A stretch of 64,000 nt of DNA from Atractiella rhizophila (GCA_021432655.1 MU271184.1:62001-126000); one strand, 5' to 3'. Numbered from the stretch's first letter, positions 1 through 13,388 are shown. The notes: generated from the sequence alone by a model not told the origin. A program made the numbers and translations.

Positions 1-379
1 GGTGAGTGAGGCGGATAGGAAATGCTGCTATTTGGCTTGTTTGCCGTTCAGACATCAATCATAGAAACTTCAACCATCATCAACGAGGGACAGATAGCTC
101 TAACTAACATCAGCAAGCAAGGAGTTATAAATTATAATGCCCTCATGTCAAAGTTGTTATGGTTATGTGTCTAGAATTGAGGATGTGCTGAAGATCCTGC
201 ACTCTTGTGTCAAAGGGAAGCTCTTGGACATGGGTCAGTGGTTGGATGAGCTGGAGAAGAAGGTTAGATCTTGATGCATGAATGGAAGGGCAACAGACCC
301 GTAAACCCTTACCCAAGACAGGAAGCTAGGTTAGTTCTCATCTCATCAATCAAATTCAGACTTATACTTGATTGCACTT

Positions 380-1919
380 GTTGTGGCCTCCTCGGCATTG
401 CTGCTGTCCTATTAGAAAGGGGACGAACTGCCTATACCCACTTTCGAATACCATTGGACCTTGAAACAGATTCAATCTGTAGTGTTAAGGCTCAGAGTGA
501 TCATGGACAACTTTACTGTGAGGCAGAATTTGGGATGAAGTGGGTATGACCCATTGTTGGTGCTTTGAGGCAGTTGATCGGATGCTGAGAGATTGTGTAA
601 AGTAGATGGCGCCTTTTGGTGGAATAATTTTTGTTCTAGGTGGTAAGTGGAATAATTCAAAGAGTTCACCGCTGATAAATAGATTAGGTGACATGCGACA
701 GTGTACCTCGCTGTCATTCCCAAGGCTTCATGTGCACGGATTGTTGATGTATGTATTATCAACAGTCCATTTTGGCCTGCAGTGAGGATCCTTCCTCTCA
801 GTCAACAGGCATCTTCTACATCATCAGGCTCATATGGCAGCCGATGACTTTGCTATCACTTCTGACCTTGCTCATTGGTTGCTGTCAGTTGGAAATGGTG
901 CAACTGGCAACCCAGATGACAGTTTTTGTGGTCCATTGACCATGAAGGATGGAACAATAATCCTACAGTCACGTGGCCTAGAAGGTCTCTTAAATGACAT
1001 CTATCCTCGGCTTAACACATAACTGAAGACCTATATTGTGTTCAGCTGAGGCAATACTTCCAAGAGTGCATGGTCCTCATGCCTAAAATGTTGGTGTCGA
1101 CCTGATAAACAACTAGCTTATCCAAAGATTTATCTCCCGACAGGAATGAATTTATCTCAGTGCTGATCGTTTGACGGATGACAATGAGATTGTTCAGCAA
1201 GGCTTTACAGTTGAGTACCTCAATACTCTCAATGTTACAGGCCTTCCTCTTCATCGCTTGCACCTCAAAATCGGAGCCCCTATCATCCTCTTTCGAAACC
1301 TCAACCCTTTTGCTCGGCCCCCCGCCCTATAATGGTACATGTTTGATCGTCACCTAGCTACTCTCTCGTGTCATCGAGGCGGCAATTGTCACAGGTACAT
1401 TTGCCGGCAACTCAGTTCTCATTCCATGCATTGCTTTGGATAGCAAAGTCTCCAATTCTTTTCCCTTTGTCCTATGCTGGTTTCAATTCCCGGTCAAGTT
1501 AGCATTCTGCCTCACTATCAACAACTCACAGGATCAGTCAGTTGAGACTGTCAGCCTATACTTGGACATCCCTGTGTTTGCCCATGGATAACTTTATGTC
1601 GGACAGTCAAGAGCTTCAAATGTGAAGAATCTTAGAGTTTATTTACATCAAGTGGAAGGGACTGATAATTAGAAAACTGAGAATGTAGTATATAGAGAAG
1701 TTTTGAATCTACAAGAACGTATGCAAATAGCCTGACAATACCTCTTTACACTTGACAATTGCAGGACAAGTGTAACTCTGACCTCCCTGAAGGCAAGGCC
1801 CCATGCAGTGGCTGCCAGAGGCAAGAGCTCCACGCAGTGGCCGCTGGATGCTGAGGTCCAAGGGGCAAAGCCCCTGGCAGGGGGGGGATGTCCGAGGGAT
1901 GACGGCACCAAAACACTTG
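380..1919 (+). mobile_element. Helitron 3' part: decayed Pif1-like helicase of RepHel plus 3' terminus
   Basis: Frameshifted Pif1 motifs: GIAAVLL..GRTAYTHFRIPL, WDEVGM, PFGG, QFPVKLAFCLTIN.SQ.QS, VFAHG*LYVGQSR, TENVVYREV. Hairpin AGGGGC-AAA-GCCCCT at 1861-1875 and terminal CTTG (1916-1919) followed by T. Confidence 0.9.
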
Positions 1920-2317
1920 TAAGCTTCAAAAGCATCATACGGGATTTTATCCGTGTGAGAGAGTAATACTAAACATATGCAAGAAGTAGGGACAATGGGA
2001 GACGCCCAACCGTTAGACACAAGTAAGTCTTCTTTGCTAACAGGACAATGGATATAATTAACTTCGTGGCCTGATATTCCCGGCCGCGGAGGTAAGGTTC
2101 GCAGATGGAAATTTCCCCAACAACGACAATATATGTTATCATTTCTCCTGGCCTCAAAACACTTTGTCGCTGCAATGCTCATACCACGTTTCAGCTCTTG
2201 TACAATCTCCTTTGCCATCAGTGCTTTTTGGACTCAGGGAAGACCAAGGCAAAGCAAAGCAGATGGAGACTGATATCAGAAAGATGACTCTTACTCTGAG
2301 CCAGAGATTGTTGATGC

Positions 2318-2714
2318 TGTGCCAGGTTTGCATCTTAAGCATTCGGTGCCTGTTCGCCACTCTGTGTCTCCCGTCGCCCATTTGCACCGGTTGCCCGTTC
2401 ACCCATTTGCACCGGTTGCCCGTTCACCCATTTGCACCGGTTGCCCGTTCACCCATTTGCACCTGCATCACCACTTAGCCCATTTGTGTCTATTCTCCTC
2501 TTATTAACTCTGCGTAATCTCACTGTTACTTCCCCCTTTTAGTTCTCTTACATGTTTCATCTGCTCTTCTCTACACTGTGTGGCAGTGTTATTCCGCTTG
2601 TATATATATAGATCGGAGAGTAGCGGAGGTGACCTTAGTATATTCTCTTAGGTTTATCTCCACTACAGGTTAGTCTTCATGTCATATCATGCACTTGGGT
2701 TTATCTCCACTACA
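2318..2714. mobile_element. Solo LTR (~397 bp)
   Basis: Starts TG and ends CA. Flanked by GATGC (2313-2317) and GACGC (2715-2719), a 5-bp TSD with one C/T difference. Contains a TATATATATA box and a 17-bp direct repeat at its end. Confidence 0.65.
2377..2463. repeat. 25-bp tandem repeat (CCCATTTGCACCGGTTGCCCGTTCA) x~3.5 inside the solo LTR
   Basis: Identical head-to-tail units at 2377, 2402 and 2427, with a partial unit at 2452. Confidence 0.95.
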
Positions 2715-3797
2715 GACGCATCGCCCGTCAGCGACCGCACATAGTGTCAGCTCTAACATGCTGGTGCAATAGCTCACCAAAACAAAATGAACACCATGCA
2801 CTTCTGGACCTGTTTGAATAGTCTATCTGGCGATGTAATGGATCATGTGCTGGAAAGTAGCCTTTTCCTGCATATTCCAAATCCTCCAAGTCTTCCGATC
2901 CTAAGTCAAACGAGGCATCGTCATGATCATCTTTATCTTCAGGCATTTTGTAGAGGGTAGTCCAACTTCTGTCTCGATTCTAGTTGATCAATAAATGGTT
3001 GGAGCTTTCGCAGTTGATCAGGCATAAAAAATCGTTGAAATTTATGGTGAATCTTGCATCACGACAAGCGTTGATTCACATCTTCATATCGTATGTATGG
3101 TTATTGTACGCTTGAGGATCAAAGATATAAACAGGAAGTGTTGGATATTTGGCTAGATCGTACAAGAGCTGAAATGAGGTATAAGCATTGCAGCTGGGTT
3201 GAGGCCAGAGACAACATATTGTTGGAATTTCTGTCCGCAACCTTGCCTCCGCGGGCCGCGGAGTTAATTATATCCGTCGTGCATCACCTGGGCCTTCCGA
3301 ACACGCTCAAACATCGCGCTCATAATGTATGCGCTCAAAACTGGTTGCGCTGTTCAAAAGCGTGCCCATTATAAACGAGCTGATGGCACTTGCTAATACC
3401 ACTTCCATGTCATCCTGTACATGGGTTTCCCATCATCGAGCTATTACATTGTTCACCTCTGTCTCTGCTCCATGATCAAAGTGAATGTTGGAACACAGTC
3501 ACTTCCTTCCTCCTTCCGACCCCACGGAACCCGATCCAACCCACGCGACCTAACAAACGACGGTCTTCTCGCTCAGTTTCTCCTCAAACTTCCACCTCTC
3601 AACATCCATCCTGGACCTCTCAGAATGTATCACTCAAAAACGTCTCATGGTATGCGGCACAGAGTGGTAATGGGATCAAGCGCACGCGTCTCTCGCCATC
3701 AGCATACTCAACCTTTCACTCGATTCCAACTGCTGGAAACTCTCAGTTGAACTTGTCAGCTCAGTACCAGCTTGCTCTGTCACTCAATGATGAGGGT

Positions 3798-5152
3798 ATG
3801 ACTGTGGATGCGAATGTAGAGGCTGAGGCGGAGGAGGAAGAGATGTATCGGATCATATACGACAAGCAGGAGAAGATCTATCGCATCCACATCTTCGCCA
3901 CAGACGGGAACGAGTCTCATTGGCCGAGCATGCAGGATGGCCCGTTTGAAAACATTACTCGGCCAAGCAGAAGACGTACGAAATGTGGCTGAAGAAGCTC
4001 GGCGTCTCCGTGGCAAAGCTGCTCGAGCTCGAGATGAGTGCATTCCTTCCTTCCCATCCGAGCGTCTCATGGTACTCATCGATTCTATTTGTTTCGTCCG
4101 GTCGGTTGGGTTGGGACGGAAAGATAGGAAGACATACTCGATCGCAGCTTCTCCCAGATACAACCTCTTCATCAAAACTCGAAGGAAGAGCGGGGACCTG
4201 ACCGATCCCACAAAAGTTCGATCAGACCGCTACCTGTACGGTCGTCCCAATGTGATCTATAGATCTCCCAACGAGTTTGTCGCGCACGCTTACTGGCTTC
4301 TTCAACCGCTCTCAGCCTCCAAAGACTGCGAATGCATATACTGCGGTCAGAAGACGGGACATCGGGAGTCGCAGAAGGTGGTCAACAAGGAGGTGTTGGG
4401 GATCAAGGATCCGGAGAGGAAGAGCGGATCGAAATGGGGAAAGATTGCTGTGCGGCTCAGGAGGGATGGAAAGCTCCTCCCCCGTGCCTGATAAGAGTAT
4501 TGTGGAAAGGTCAAAGACTTTCCAGGAGGGAAGGACCATCCCGAACCTGTCTAAGAGCCTGTCGAAGGATAGGGAGAAGGATTTGAGAGTGGCGGAAGGA
4601 ATGTTTAGGGAGTTGGAGCTCGTTTGGGTCAGGTTGGAGGAGCGGATCGGGAGCGAGAACAAGAGTGTAGACGGCGCAGAGGAACTCGCTATCACCCATT
4701 GGCCCACAGTCGTGTTCAAGAAAACGAGCAAGTTGACGTTTGCTCGCCAGAGAAGATCTCCCGCTGGAGTTCGCCGCCCAGATCCGGCCTGGATCCTTCA
4801 AGGTCTTCGTCCTCAAGATCCACTGTTTCTTCTACGAAACAGAATCGTCCGCCCGAGTCGCGGGCGAGCTCTCGGTCTTCGAAAGATCACCTCCTCAGCC
4901 TCGACGCCTTCACCCGTAGCCGACATCTCTCCCACCAAAGGATACTTCTTCCAACCCTTGTCGCCACCAGGCGGACAACACATCTTGACATCGAGTCCCT
5001 CGCATGACGATACTATATTCCCGCTCCTTCTTTCAGTCGAGGAAATCGAATCATCCTTGCCTCCCACAGGAAACGATGAAGGCAGAGCAGGTCAATTGTC
5101 TCGTGTTGCTACATTGGCAGGATTTCATATATTACAGACCTTACCCTTATAA
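3798..5152 (+). pseudogene. Clr2-like (cryptic loci regulator 2) silencing protein, apparently frameshifted or truncated
   Basis: Motifs TDG...WP, RSDRYLYGRPNVIYRSPNEFVAHAYWLL...CECIYC and FRELELVWV resemble the Clr2 N-terminal domain. They lie in different frames with no obvious intron at ~4430-4490. Confidence 0.75.
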
Positions 5153-5277
5153 TGTAAGGATGGGAAGCGCTGATCATTATATAGGCATTTTGGACTGTTT
5201 GGATCATCGAAGTTGCTTTTTGTTGAATTGGAATAAAGATAATTTGACCGTAAATAATTTCGAAATGACACGTGGGC

Positions 5278-7561
5278 TTAACTCCGCTTCATCCCACTCC
5301 CAGACCCTCTCGACCTCTTTGAAGTTTGAGTAGATGACGGCAACTCCTCTCCCTTCCTCTTTCGCATTCTCTGGCCAGGACGCCTAGCCTCGTAATCGTA
5401 GGCCGCATCCTCCTCGTTTCCCCAATCTCCTGACATAAGTGAGCTCTCCAGTATCTCGCGCAAGTACTTGTGTGTCACCATCCTTCCTCGTGTCTTTTTT
5501 TCCTCTCGAATCGCAGTCGCCTCTACATCCGCCTCAGTAAACGGCTTTTCCAATTCTAACCTGATGATCCGCTTCTCCTTCCTCTTCTCCTCTCTACTCC
5601 ATCCAAGAATGGATTGTCGCAAGACGGTCATCACTTCTTCGAGAAGCTCCTCGAACGCTGGCGCAGCCGTGAGTTTGAGACCACTAACAGCCTGCTGTGA
5701 CCCGATCACGACTCTTCTTGCATCGATGGATGCTGCAAGTTTGTCGAGCGGCACTCTATCAAAGTTTGAGAGGAATTGTCCGCGTTGGTCGGGAGTCATG
5801 TTGCTCGGCGCATAGGAGGCGGAGATCCACAAGAGGACATAGACGAATGACTCCATGTCGTCCTGCACTTCATGTCTTATGGGCGAATCATGCACCATGC
5901 TCTCAAGGAGACGCAGCGACATGAATTCCTCTGTTCCCTGTTAAAGGTCAACAGCCACATTCACATCAAACATCGACACCTACTGTTCGCTCATTCGCGT
6001 CAGATGAATCCCCTCCCACCTTAGCCAATTCCCAATCACCTAGAAAACCTTCCCCCTTGTCATCAAACAGGATATTTCCTTCTGAGATGTCTCGATGAAG
6101 GATCGAAGGTGTGCCTCTGGAGGAATCGAAAGCTTTTTCATGAGCTGTACACATTCATTTAGATGAGAATTACATCTGTCAGAAAAATTTCTTACCTTCG
6201 AGGGCGTCTGCAAGGGCCTGAACTAGGCATTTCGTGGATGGAAACTCCCATAGCGGACGGACAACCTTGTCTAAAACTAAACGATAGTGGCGGAGTGATT
6301 TCCCCCCCGGACCAAAAGCAACTTGCAACTGCCCCGGAACATCACCATGGGCGACCAGCTTCAGGACATGCGGTACCTCTTTCTTTTGCAGCGACTCGTA
6401 GACTTCGCCTTCCGCCTGAGCGTATCCTGCGTTGCGCCATGTATCCTTCAAGAAACACGCTGCTCTTCCTCATTCGCTCCGGCTGGATCAAACGCACGAA
6501 AGCATCTTGTTCCGCGACCGATTGGGGCGTTATGTCGGTAGTTGAACGGGGCGGAGACGTAGAAGGGTCTGGTTTTGGCACCGGCGATCTCGACTGAGAC
6601 CATAAAGAGAGACTCTTTAGGGCTGAGGCCTAGAACTTCTCGAGCTCGATTGGATACTCCGGTTTCTGGTGCCGGGACAAAGGTCGTGTCATGTCCGCGC
6701 TCCTGTTGACTTGCGTGCGTATACCTCCAGAAGAACTTTTGGAGGTAATAATCCTTGGAGTAATCGAAAGAATGCGTGACCTGAATTCCGGCTCGTGAGT
6801 GGCAGATCAATCTCGCATGATGACCTCGCACGTTAAACGAGAAAACTCGAGTGCGCTGTTGAGTCGACAGAATCATCGTGCTGTAGATAATGATCTGGCC
6901 GCGTGTCTGTCGCCCCGTAATGCTGTCTGTCTCCACAGTCCGGATAGTTTCCGTTCCCTCCTCAAGTGTGTCCTCGAAAGGATCGCTCTCCTTCTTGACT
7001 TTGAACTCCCCAAAACCTTCAGCCTGTGCCATGTCTGCCTTGTCACCCTTCGGACCCTTCATTCCATCCATCCTCCTTTCACCATACGATGGATCGTAAA
7101 GAGTGACATCCGGTTTACCACGATCGGATCCACAAACTGGTGCAAACGACCAGCCCTCGTTCGACTGGCTCGTATTTGCTAGTTTCCAATCCCTCAGAAA
7201 TGGAGCCATGTACTCGATCTAAAGAACTGTTCATCAATATTGTACCTGAAAATGGAGGGACACCTACGAAAGGACCATAATGGTCGAAGTTTTCGTGGTC
7301 GGAAAGGGTTGGAGGGAGCGCCGGTGTCGGCATCGAAGATCTCGAAGGATTAGGTAGCATGTCCAAAAACTTTTCTGCATCGATGTAGACAAAGCGTCCT
7401 GCCGTCTCTTGAGCTGCACGAAGTTTTGCTTCATCCGGGACTTCAGGCTGGGAAGCTTGGCTGAGAAAACTGGTGCGGCTCGTGGTGCGATGGGGGGTGA
7501 TTCTTTGTTGATTAGCAGTTGGAGCTAGACCAGATTGTGGAGGAGTGGGAGGAGAACTCAT
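5278..7561 (-). CDS. Fungal-type (FunK1 / Pkinase_fungal) protein kinase, multi-exon, with an apparent 1-nt frameshift at ~6452
   Basis: Motifs RGQIIIYS...QQRTRVFS, GRGTRCF, LKDTWR, ILHRDISEGNIL, GFLGDWELAK, RTGTEEFMS, HEVQDDMESFVYVLLW. GT-AG introns at ~7270-7220, ~6195-6150 and ~5980-5938. Confidence 0.9.
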
Positions 7562-8018
7562 GTTGAGAGTCTGGTGATGGTTACGAAAGAAAATGTCAGT
7601 AAGATGTCCTTCCTTCAGATTGATGACTCACAGGTCTTCAGTTCAGTATTCTTTTCCTGATATGACGCTAATGACCTCTGAGGCGCGAAATATTGAATGT
7701 CGAGACAAGGGTCGAGACAGGAGTCGAGGCGGTTCGTTGGTTGTTGGTTGCTGGTTCCATTACCAGAAAAGCCAAGCCCCCTGAGGTCCGTGGGATATCC
7801 GAATTTATTTCAAGTCCGGCCTTGCGCGTTTTCGATCTCATCTGCTCAGCTGCGGTGCACCGGTTCACGGTGTCGGGGAGGATGAAAAGAGATAGGGGTG
7901 GTTCAACAATTATCTGTATCTAATGATGTGCGTGCATCTACACTACCATAGCGCCACTTCCACGGGACGGTGGATCGCCTTCGTGCTCGGAAGGTTGGCT
8001 ATGACAGTAACTAGCATG

Positions 8019-9613
8019 TAGGCTTGGTACACGGGTTAACCGTCGTCCTGCGGGTTTTTCCGCAGGGAATTTGTGCCTTGAGAGCTGCCCCCTGCCCGTG
8101 CCCATACCTGCAAGGGATTCTTCGAGGGAGTAACCCGCAGGATAGCTGGGACTGCACGGGAGTCAACGGGTTGACGGGTTGTGCATGGGACAAAGGGTAT
8201 ATCTGGGATGCGTATCAAAAGTGTCAAAGAGCTGCAAGATTTAAAAGGACATGTAAGTACGATAAGAACGAAATGAATATTGTTTTCTTGACCTAACACT
8301 TTCTCTCAGTCCATCAACATGCCTACTGCCACCACGTTAGCCACCTCCTGCTCCTTTCTCTTCGTTGCTTCCGCAGCCTTCCTCTTCTGCTTGTCATTCT
8401 GTTTTACGGCCTGAAACAGCTCCTTTGTGGTGGGTAGCAGTCCATCCTGCTCCCATAGCTTGAGCAGCATTGCTGATTGAAAGACGGGGTCGGACAGTTG
8501 ATGACGCAGGTAGGAAACCGTCAAGCACCAGCTGAAAAAGCCCGCTCAACGTCTACCGAAGTCGCTAGTTACTCAATCAACAAGAACACACGATGGTAAG
8601 AAAGAAGAAGCATACCAGGGACAGCCATGATGTCCATGGCCATCTCATGAACGTAATGCGAGTCAGCTCCTTCACATGCTTTGCCTCATGCCACTGCTGA
8701 AAGTGATATTGGAGCCCATCCACTTCTGTCGTTCCGGAGCCATCCAACAGGGTTTTGATAGGTAGCGGGACACCTCTGATGAAATCAGAGATATGATTGG
8801 GTGTGGCATTGTTGTCTGCCTCGTCAATCATTGCATCCAGTTCATACAACAATCACACTTCCTTTCGAGGGTGCAGTGTTGATGAAGATGCCTAATCAAC
8901 AGCTCCTAAATTGATCGTGTACAGAGTACCAGATGACGCACCAAAACACTGGTTTCCACGTTGTAATGCTCTTTGTGAAACTGCTGCAAACTATCAATGG
9001 CTTACGATATCCAGTCTTCCTCCAAGTCCAATTTTTTGAGGTAGGCGGCGCGTCGGTTGGGATGGAGCACTTTAATACCAGCTATCAGCTTCCAATTTTC
9101 GGCAAGGAGAGACATACAAAGTGCCCATACGTATATCTTTGAATCCTCTGTCACCTTTAAGAAATACTTATCCAGAATTCGTTGGCCAATTGCGGCGCCA
9201 GCTTGAATTGCTGCATGCTTATCGGGGACGTGAATGTCGCCGTCAAGGTCATATGTTTCGTAAAGGCGAGAAAGATAGACACCAATGTTATTGAAGAGGG
9301 GGATGACACAAGCTATATTAGCGAAGCTGGTCTTGGACATCAAGTCTGTAGCCTGTTAGAACAGCTGAACCAGATATGTCAGAAGATCAGTGGCGAAAAA
9401 GACAGTATCACACCTGGAGAGTTGGGTTTGCTTGCTCCATGATCTCCCACTCTGCTCTGGTCAATCTGCAGCGCTCAAGCTTTAAGCTTGGTTTACCACA
9501 AATATTCCTTAGTGCATCTTTTAAGTCCAAGGCTCTATCAATCATTGCACCTTCGCCAATCCATCATGTATGGCAAGCCTTGACAAGGTGTACGGGAGGA
9601 GACAGATGTTTGA
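8019..9613 (-). mobile_element. hAT transposon 3' part (decayed transposase C-terminus plus 3' TIR), interrupted at 9613
   Basis: Motifs ATSVDVERAF..LTVSYLRHQLS, LHPNRRAAYL and ILDKYFLKV; colinear homology with the copy at 25.7-27.1 kb. Terminus TAGGCTTGGTACACGGGTTA with ACCCG-type subterminal repeats. Confidence 0.85.
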
Positions 9614-10434
9614 GGGTGTTGATTCTAAGGGTCGAAAGGAATGAATTACAATGAAGTTATAATGGGCTTTTTATACCTTAAGGAACTCGGCAAAATGAGG
9701 GAAACGGCAAAGGGGAAAGAAAACTAGAGCCACAAATGACAGTGGCACGAATACAGCTTAAAACGGTGCCAAACTCTGACAAACTCCCCTTGAGCAAATG
9801 AGGTTCCACGATGGAACTAAAGGTACCTAACCAAAGAAACAAACTTTTAAAAAAAAGAACACATTCCAATAACAATTGAAAGCTCCTCACTCCCCCTTAT
9901 TCCAGCAATTCTCTTTACCCCAGATGCCACAACGTCGAAGGATCAAAGCCACTTTTGCAATTGATTCCCAGCCGCCGTTTGCGCCAAACTTCGACAGATC
10001 TTGAGGTCTCCACAATTAAAATGCCTCAGTAATACACGCTTCCGACCTATAGTGTTGGTCGCCTAATCGCAACTAGCCTGCCAAACCTTAAAATTGCTCC
10101 CTCAGTTTTGGTCCTGGGGACTATCTGTCTGTGAAATATGCTCTAAAGAACCCTTAGATTAAAACCTACAGACAACTTTTTGGAAACTCTTCTTCCTGAG
10201 GAGCAATATTTTTTGCACCATGAGATTTGGAACAAGTGCGCTTGTACGTGCCATTGTATGTCAGGTGACCCATTCTCCGTGCGACTGTATATCAGGTGAC
10301 CCATTGTCAGTGTGACTGTATGTGACTTACCATGCGTTAGTGACTCATTACGTAAGTCTGGTAACCTCGTCCGTCCGTGCAAAGGGTGTCAAGTCCATTT
10401 TTCTCGACTTAACCCAACCAGGCTGCCAGCTGTT

Positions 10435-11370
10435 ATGGAGAAGAAGAGACGGAAAAGGTGTGGCCGACCTATCCATGTTAAGGAAGCCAGGTATACAGCT
10501 CTGCGTGAGGCTCGCAAGAAAACCACAGCCACCAGATTTGCTGCCAACACAGAGCAAGTCGTCTCCCCCCTTACATTGGATGCATCATGGTGCACTCCAG
10601 ATGGTCAGAAGATGAGGGTATCAATGAAGGAGAGACCCACAACCCCCCTTTCAGAACTGCTGTGTACATTCCTTCATTAGCACATTTCCATTGGTCTTCT
10701 CACTGTCTTTACGCCACATGGATAGAGATTTGCCTTCATATGAGTCCAACAAACTCCTTTGCCAAATTTATCTACCAAAACCAAGTGTAATGAGGAAGAT
10801 GAAGGCACAGTCATGAGCACTGAGAAACAGTCTCCAGATCCCTACTACAACGATGTTAGTGGCTCAGGCCAGTCGGATAGTGAGGAGGAGGAAGAGGAAG
10901 AGACCGGTGATGGGGAGATTGAGATAGACAGCGAGGAGGAGGAGAAGGCGCCAGACAGTAGGGAACGACGAGCCCTGCTGCTGCAAGCTAAGGATGACCT
11001 CCCGGGGTCAGTCTATGACAACCTTATGAGTTGGGTGCTAGATGTGAATGCTTGGGCTGAGGGAGAGAAGCGGCAGGGCAAGTCAAGGACCCAAGGATAT
11101 GGTGATGGAGCAATGTCAAAAGCACGGATTTCAGTGTGGCGTAGAAACAAGTACAATGACGCAAGGCAACGGTAAGTCTTTAAAACATCTGTCTTCTGTG
11201 TTAACTCCAGCTTTTAGCGGCTATGAGCAAATTGATAACCTGTTCAAACCTCGAAGGAAACTAAATGCACAAGTGTGCAAGTGGCGAAAGGAGGAGGTGC
11301 ACGATTCTGTCACAATCTCCACTTCTTTAGTAATAATATGCATCTCGTTGCCTTCGCCTTCACATTCATA
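10435..11370 (+). pseudogene. Truncated intron-containing ORF (basic N-terminus, acidic tract), probably the 5' part of the element's own gene
   Basis: ORFs 10312-10680, 10759-11175 and 11048-11371 are linked by GT..AG introns. No catalytic domain visible. Confidence 0.35.
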
Positions 11371-11543
11371 AAAGCTCAGAAAACAAAGTTCTGGTCTGAG
11401 TCCAATGCACGTGAGTAAGTGACTGAGTCTCGCGTCAATCACCATATTCATCAACCAACTGCTCTCCCAAGCTCGCTCAGAGCTCTCCTTTTGACCATCC
11501 TTCATTTGAATCCTTTCTTTGCCCAGCCCCTTCCTCCACTGCA

Positions 11544-11712
11544 GAGTTTGTCAGAGTTTGGCACCGTTTTAAGCTGCATTTGTGCCACTGTCATTTGTGG
11601 CTGTAGTTTTCTTTCCCCTTGTCGTTTCTCTCATTTTGCCGAGTTCCTCAAGGTACAAAAAGCCCATTATAACTTCACTGTAATGCATTCCTTTAGACCC
11701 TTGGAATCAACA
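11544..11712. repeat. Third, internal copy of the ~170-bp TIR (same orientation as the right TIR, lacks the last 3 nt)
   Basis: GAGTTTGTCAGAGTTTGGCACCG...CCCTTGGAATCAACA matches 16408-16572 and the reverse complement of 9617-9786. Confidence 0.9.
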
Positions 11713-12079
11713 GAGTTCAAACTGTCTCCTACCCAAAACGCCCTCGAGGTGGCGGGTGAGCCTTTGTCTTGCTCACCACCTCGTTTGGGGTCCATTCAAA
11801 GCTCACAAGCTCTTGTTGGCTCGCAGAACCCTCGCAAGCTAAACCTCAACGCACGTGAGCCTAGAAACCAAACACAACCACGGAACAACTTGGACATCTG
11901 AGTGTTGGAAAACAAACGCGTTTGAATTTCATCTACACATTGACTTACATCTCCGAACGTGTCTCCCAATCAGAGTGATCCCAGAACTGGATCATCGTGC
12001 TTGGATGCCTGTTAGAGAGTCCAGGAAGAATGAAGCTGGTTGGGCAGGTCACTCGTCTGTTTCACCACTCTTCTCCATC

Positions 12080-12192
12080 TCACGCGAGTGAACTCTCCCT
12101 CCTCTCACGCAAGTGAACTCTCCTCCATTTCACGCAAGTGAACTCTCCCTCTCGCACGAGTGAACTCCTCCATCTCGCGCGAATGAACTCTC
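12080..12192. repeat. Degenerate ~22-25-bp tandem array with core CRCGAGTGAAC
   Basis: Five units visible; related to the array at 16064-16165. Confidence 0.8.
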
Positions 12193-13388
12193 ACCAGAAT
12201 CAACCTTGTTACTTGCACGAATCAACTGTTCCTTGTGTGGATCAACCTTTTTCTCCTAACCCTCAGAATCTGTCCTTGCCTCTCTCCGGTAAGGACACTA
12301 ATGTATTCCCTGCACCTACGACCCAAGCTAAACTCGTTATGATCATCAGCCCAAACAGTAACCATCCCCCATCATCCCTAAGTATCTATACTCTCCATCC
12401 TGTCGTCTTCATCGTACTGAAGTAATCCTCGAAGCCAAAATACATCACCAATCCTTCGACCCTACCCAAGCAAGTGCCTTTCCATCGTCCCAATATCCAA
12501 TCGACCCCCCCTTCCCTTACAAATCATGCCAACAAACCCATCTGACCACTCTCCTCCTGAATCGCTTTCTTCCACGAGGCCTAGCTTTCTCCCACAAGGC
12601 CTAACACACCCATCCAATCCTCACCATCCCACAAACCAATCCCCTACAACGTCCAACTCCTTGATGGTAAATGCTAATACCGGTCTCCCCCCGGCGCCAA
12701 TAGCGATTTCAACCGTCGTTCCCCTTCTCCAACCTCTCCTTCCAGCACCAAATCAACGCACAGTCCCATGCCCCTCAAAAGAGAGAAGGCAATCATCATT
12801 CGTGACGATGATCTTCTAGCTATCCCTTTGACCTTTGAGGAGCACAGTGTGGCAACATATTTGACAAAAGAGTTCAATCTAGGCCCACGAGCACGCACGA
12901 TAACCGGCGCTAATTAACAGGCATATACCCTAACATCCTATACTCGTATACCATTCCACTGTTAAGCAATTGGAGGAGCTGCTTGCCAAGACCCTAACAC
13001 TGTGTACCTTCGGTCATAAAATGGTTGCCCAACACATTTTGTCCCCTTTCAGAATAAATTTCCAACTTCAAACATGCAAGCACGTGCAATGAGTTGGTGT
13101 AATTCATTGATGCCTTTTAAATGAACTGATAGCTGTTGGTTGGTATTGACAAGTATTCAGCCAACAAAAAAGCTTTTGTCTCGTTCCACAGGCTTTATAA
13201 CTAAAAGAGCCCTGTGGCAAAAGAAAAAGGTCACAGTAGAGAGGGTTGGGACATCCAGAACATGAGAACATGAGCTTTTCGGCATTGTAAATCTAGAACA
13301 CGGAGCTCTCTCTGGTTCCAGAATAAGTTCGAAGAAATCAGAAGCACGCAAAGTAGGAAGTAGCGAAAGGAGGAGGCGCACCATCCCA

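Noticed and set aside
2377..2463. CRISPR-like array (also considered for 12080-12192 and 16064-16165)
   Set aside because: Units are head-to-tail with no unique spacers, the context is eukaryotic, and no cas genes are present.
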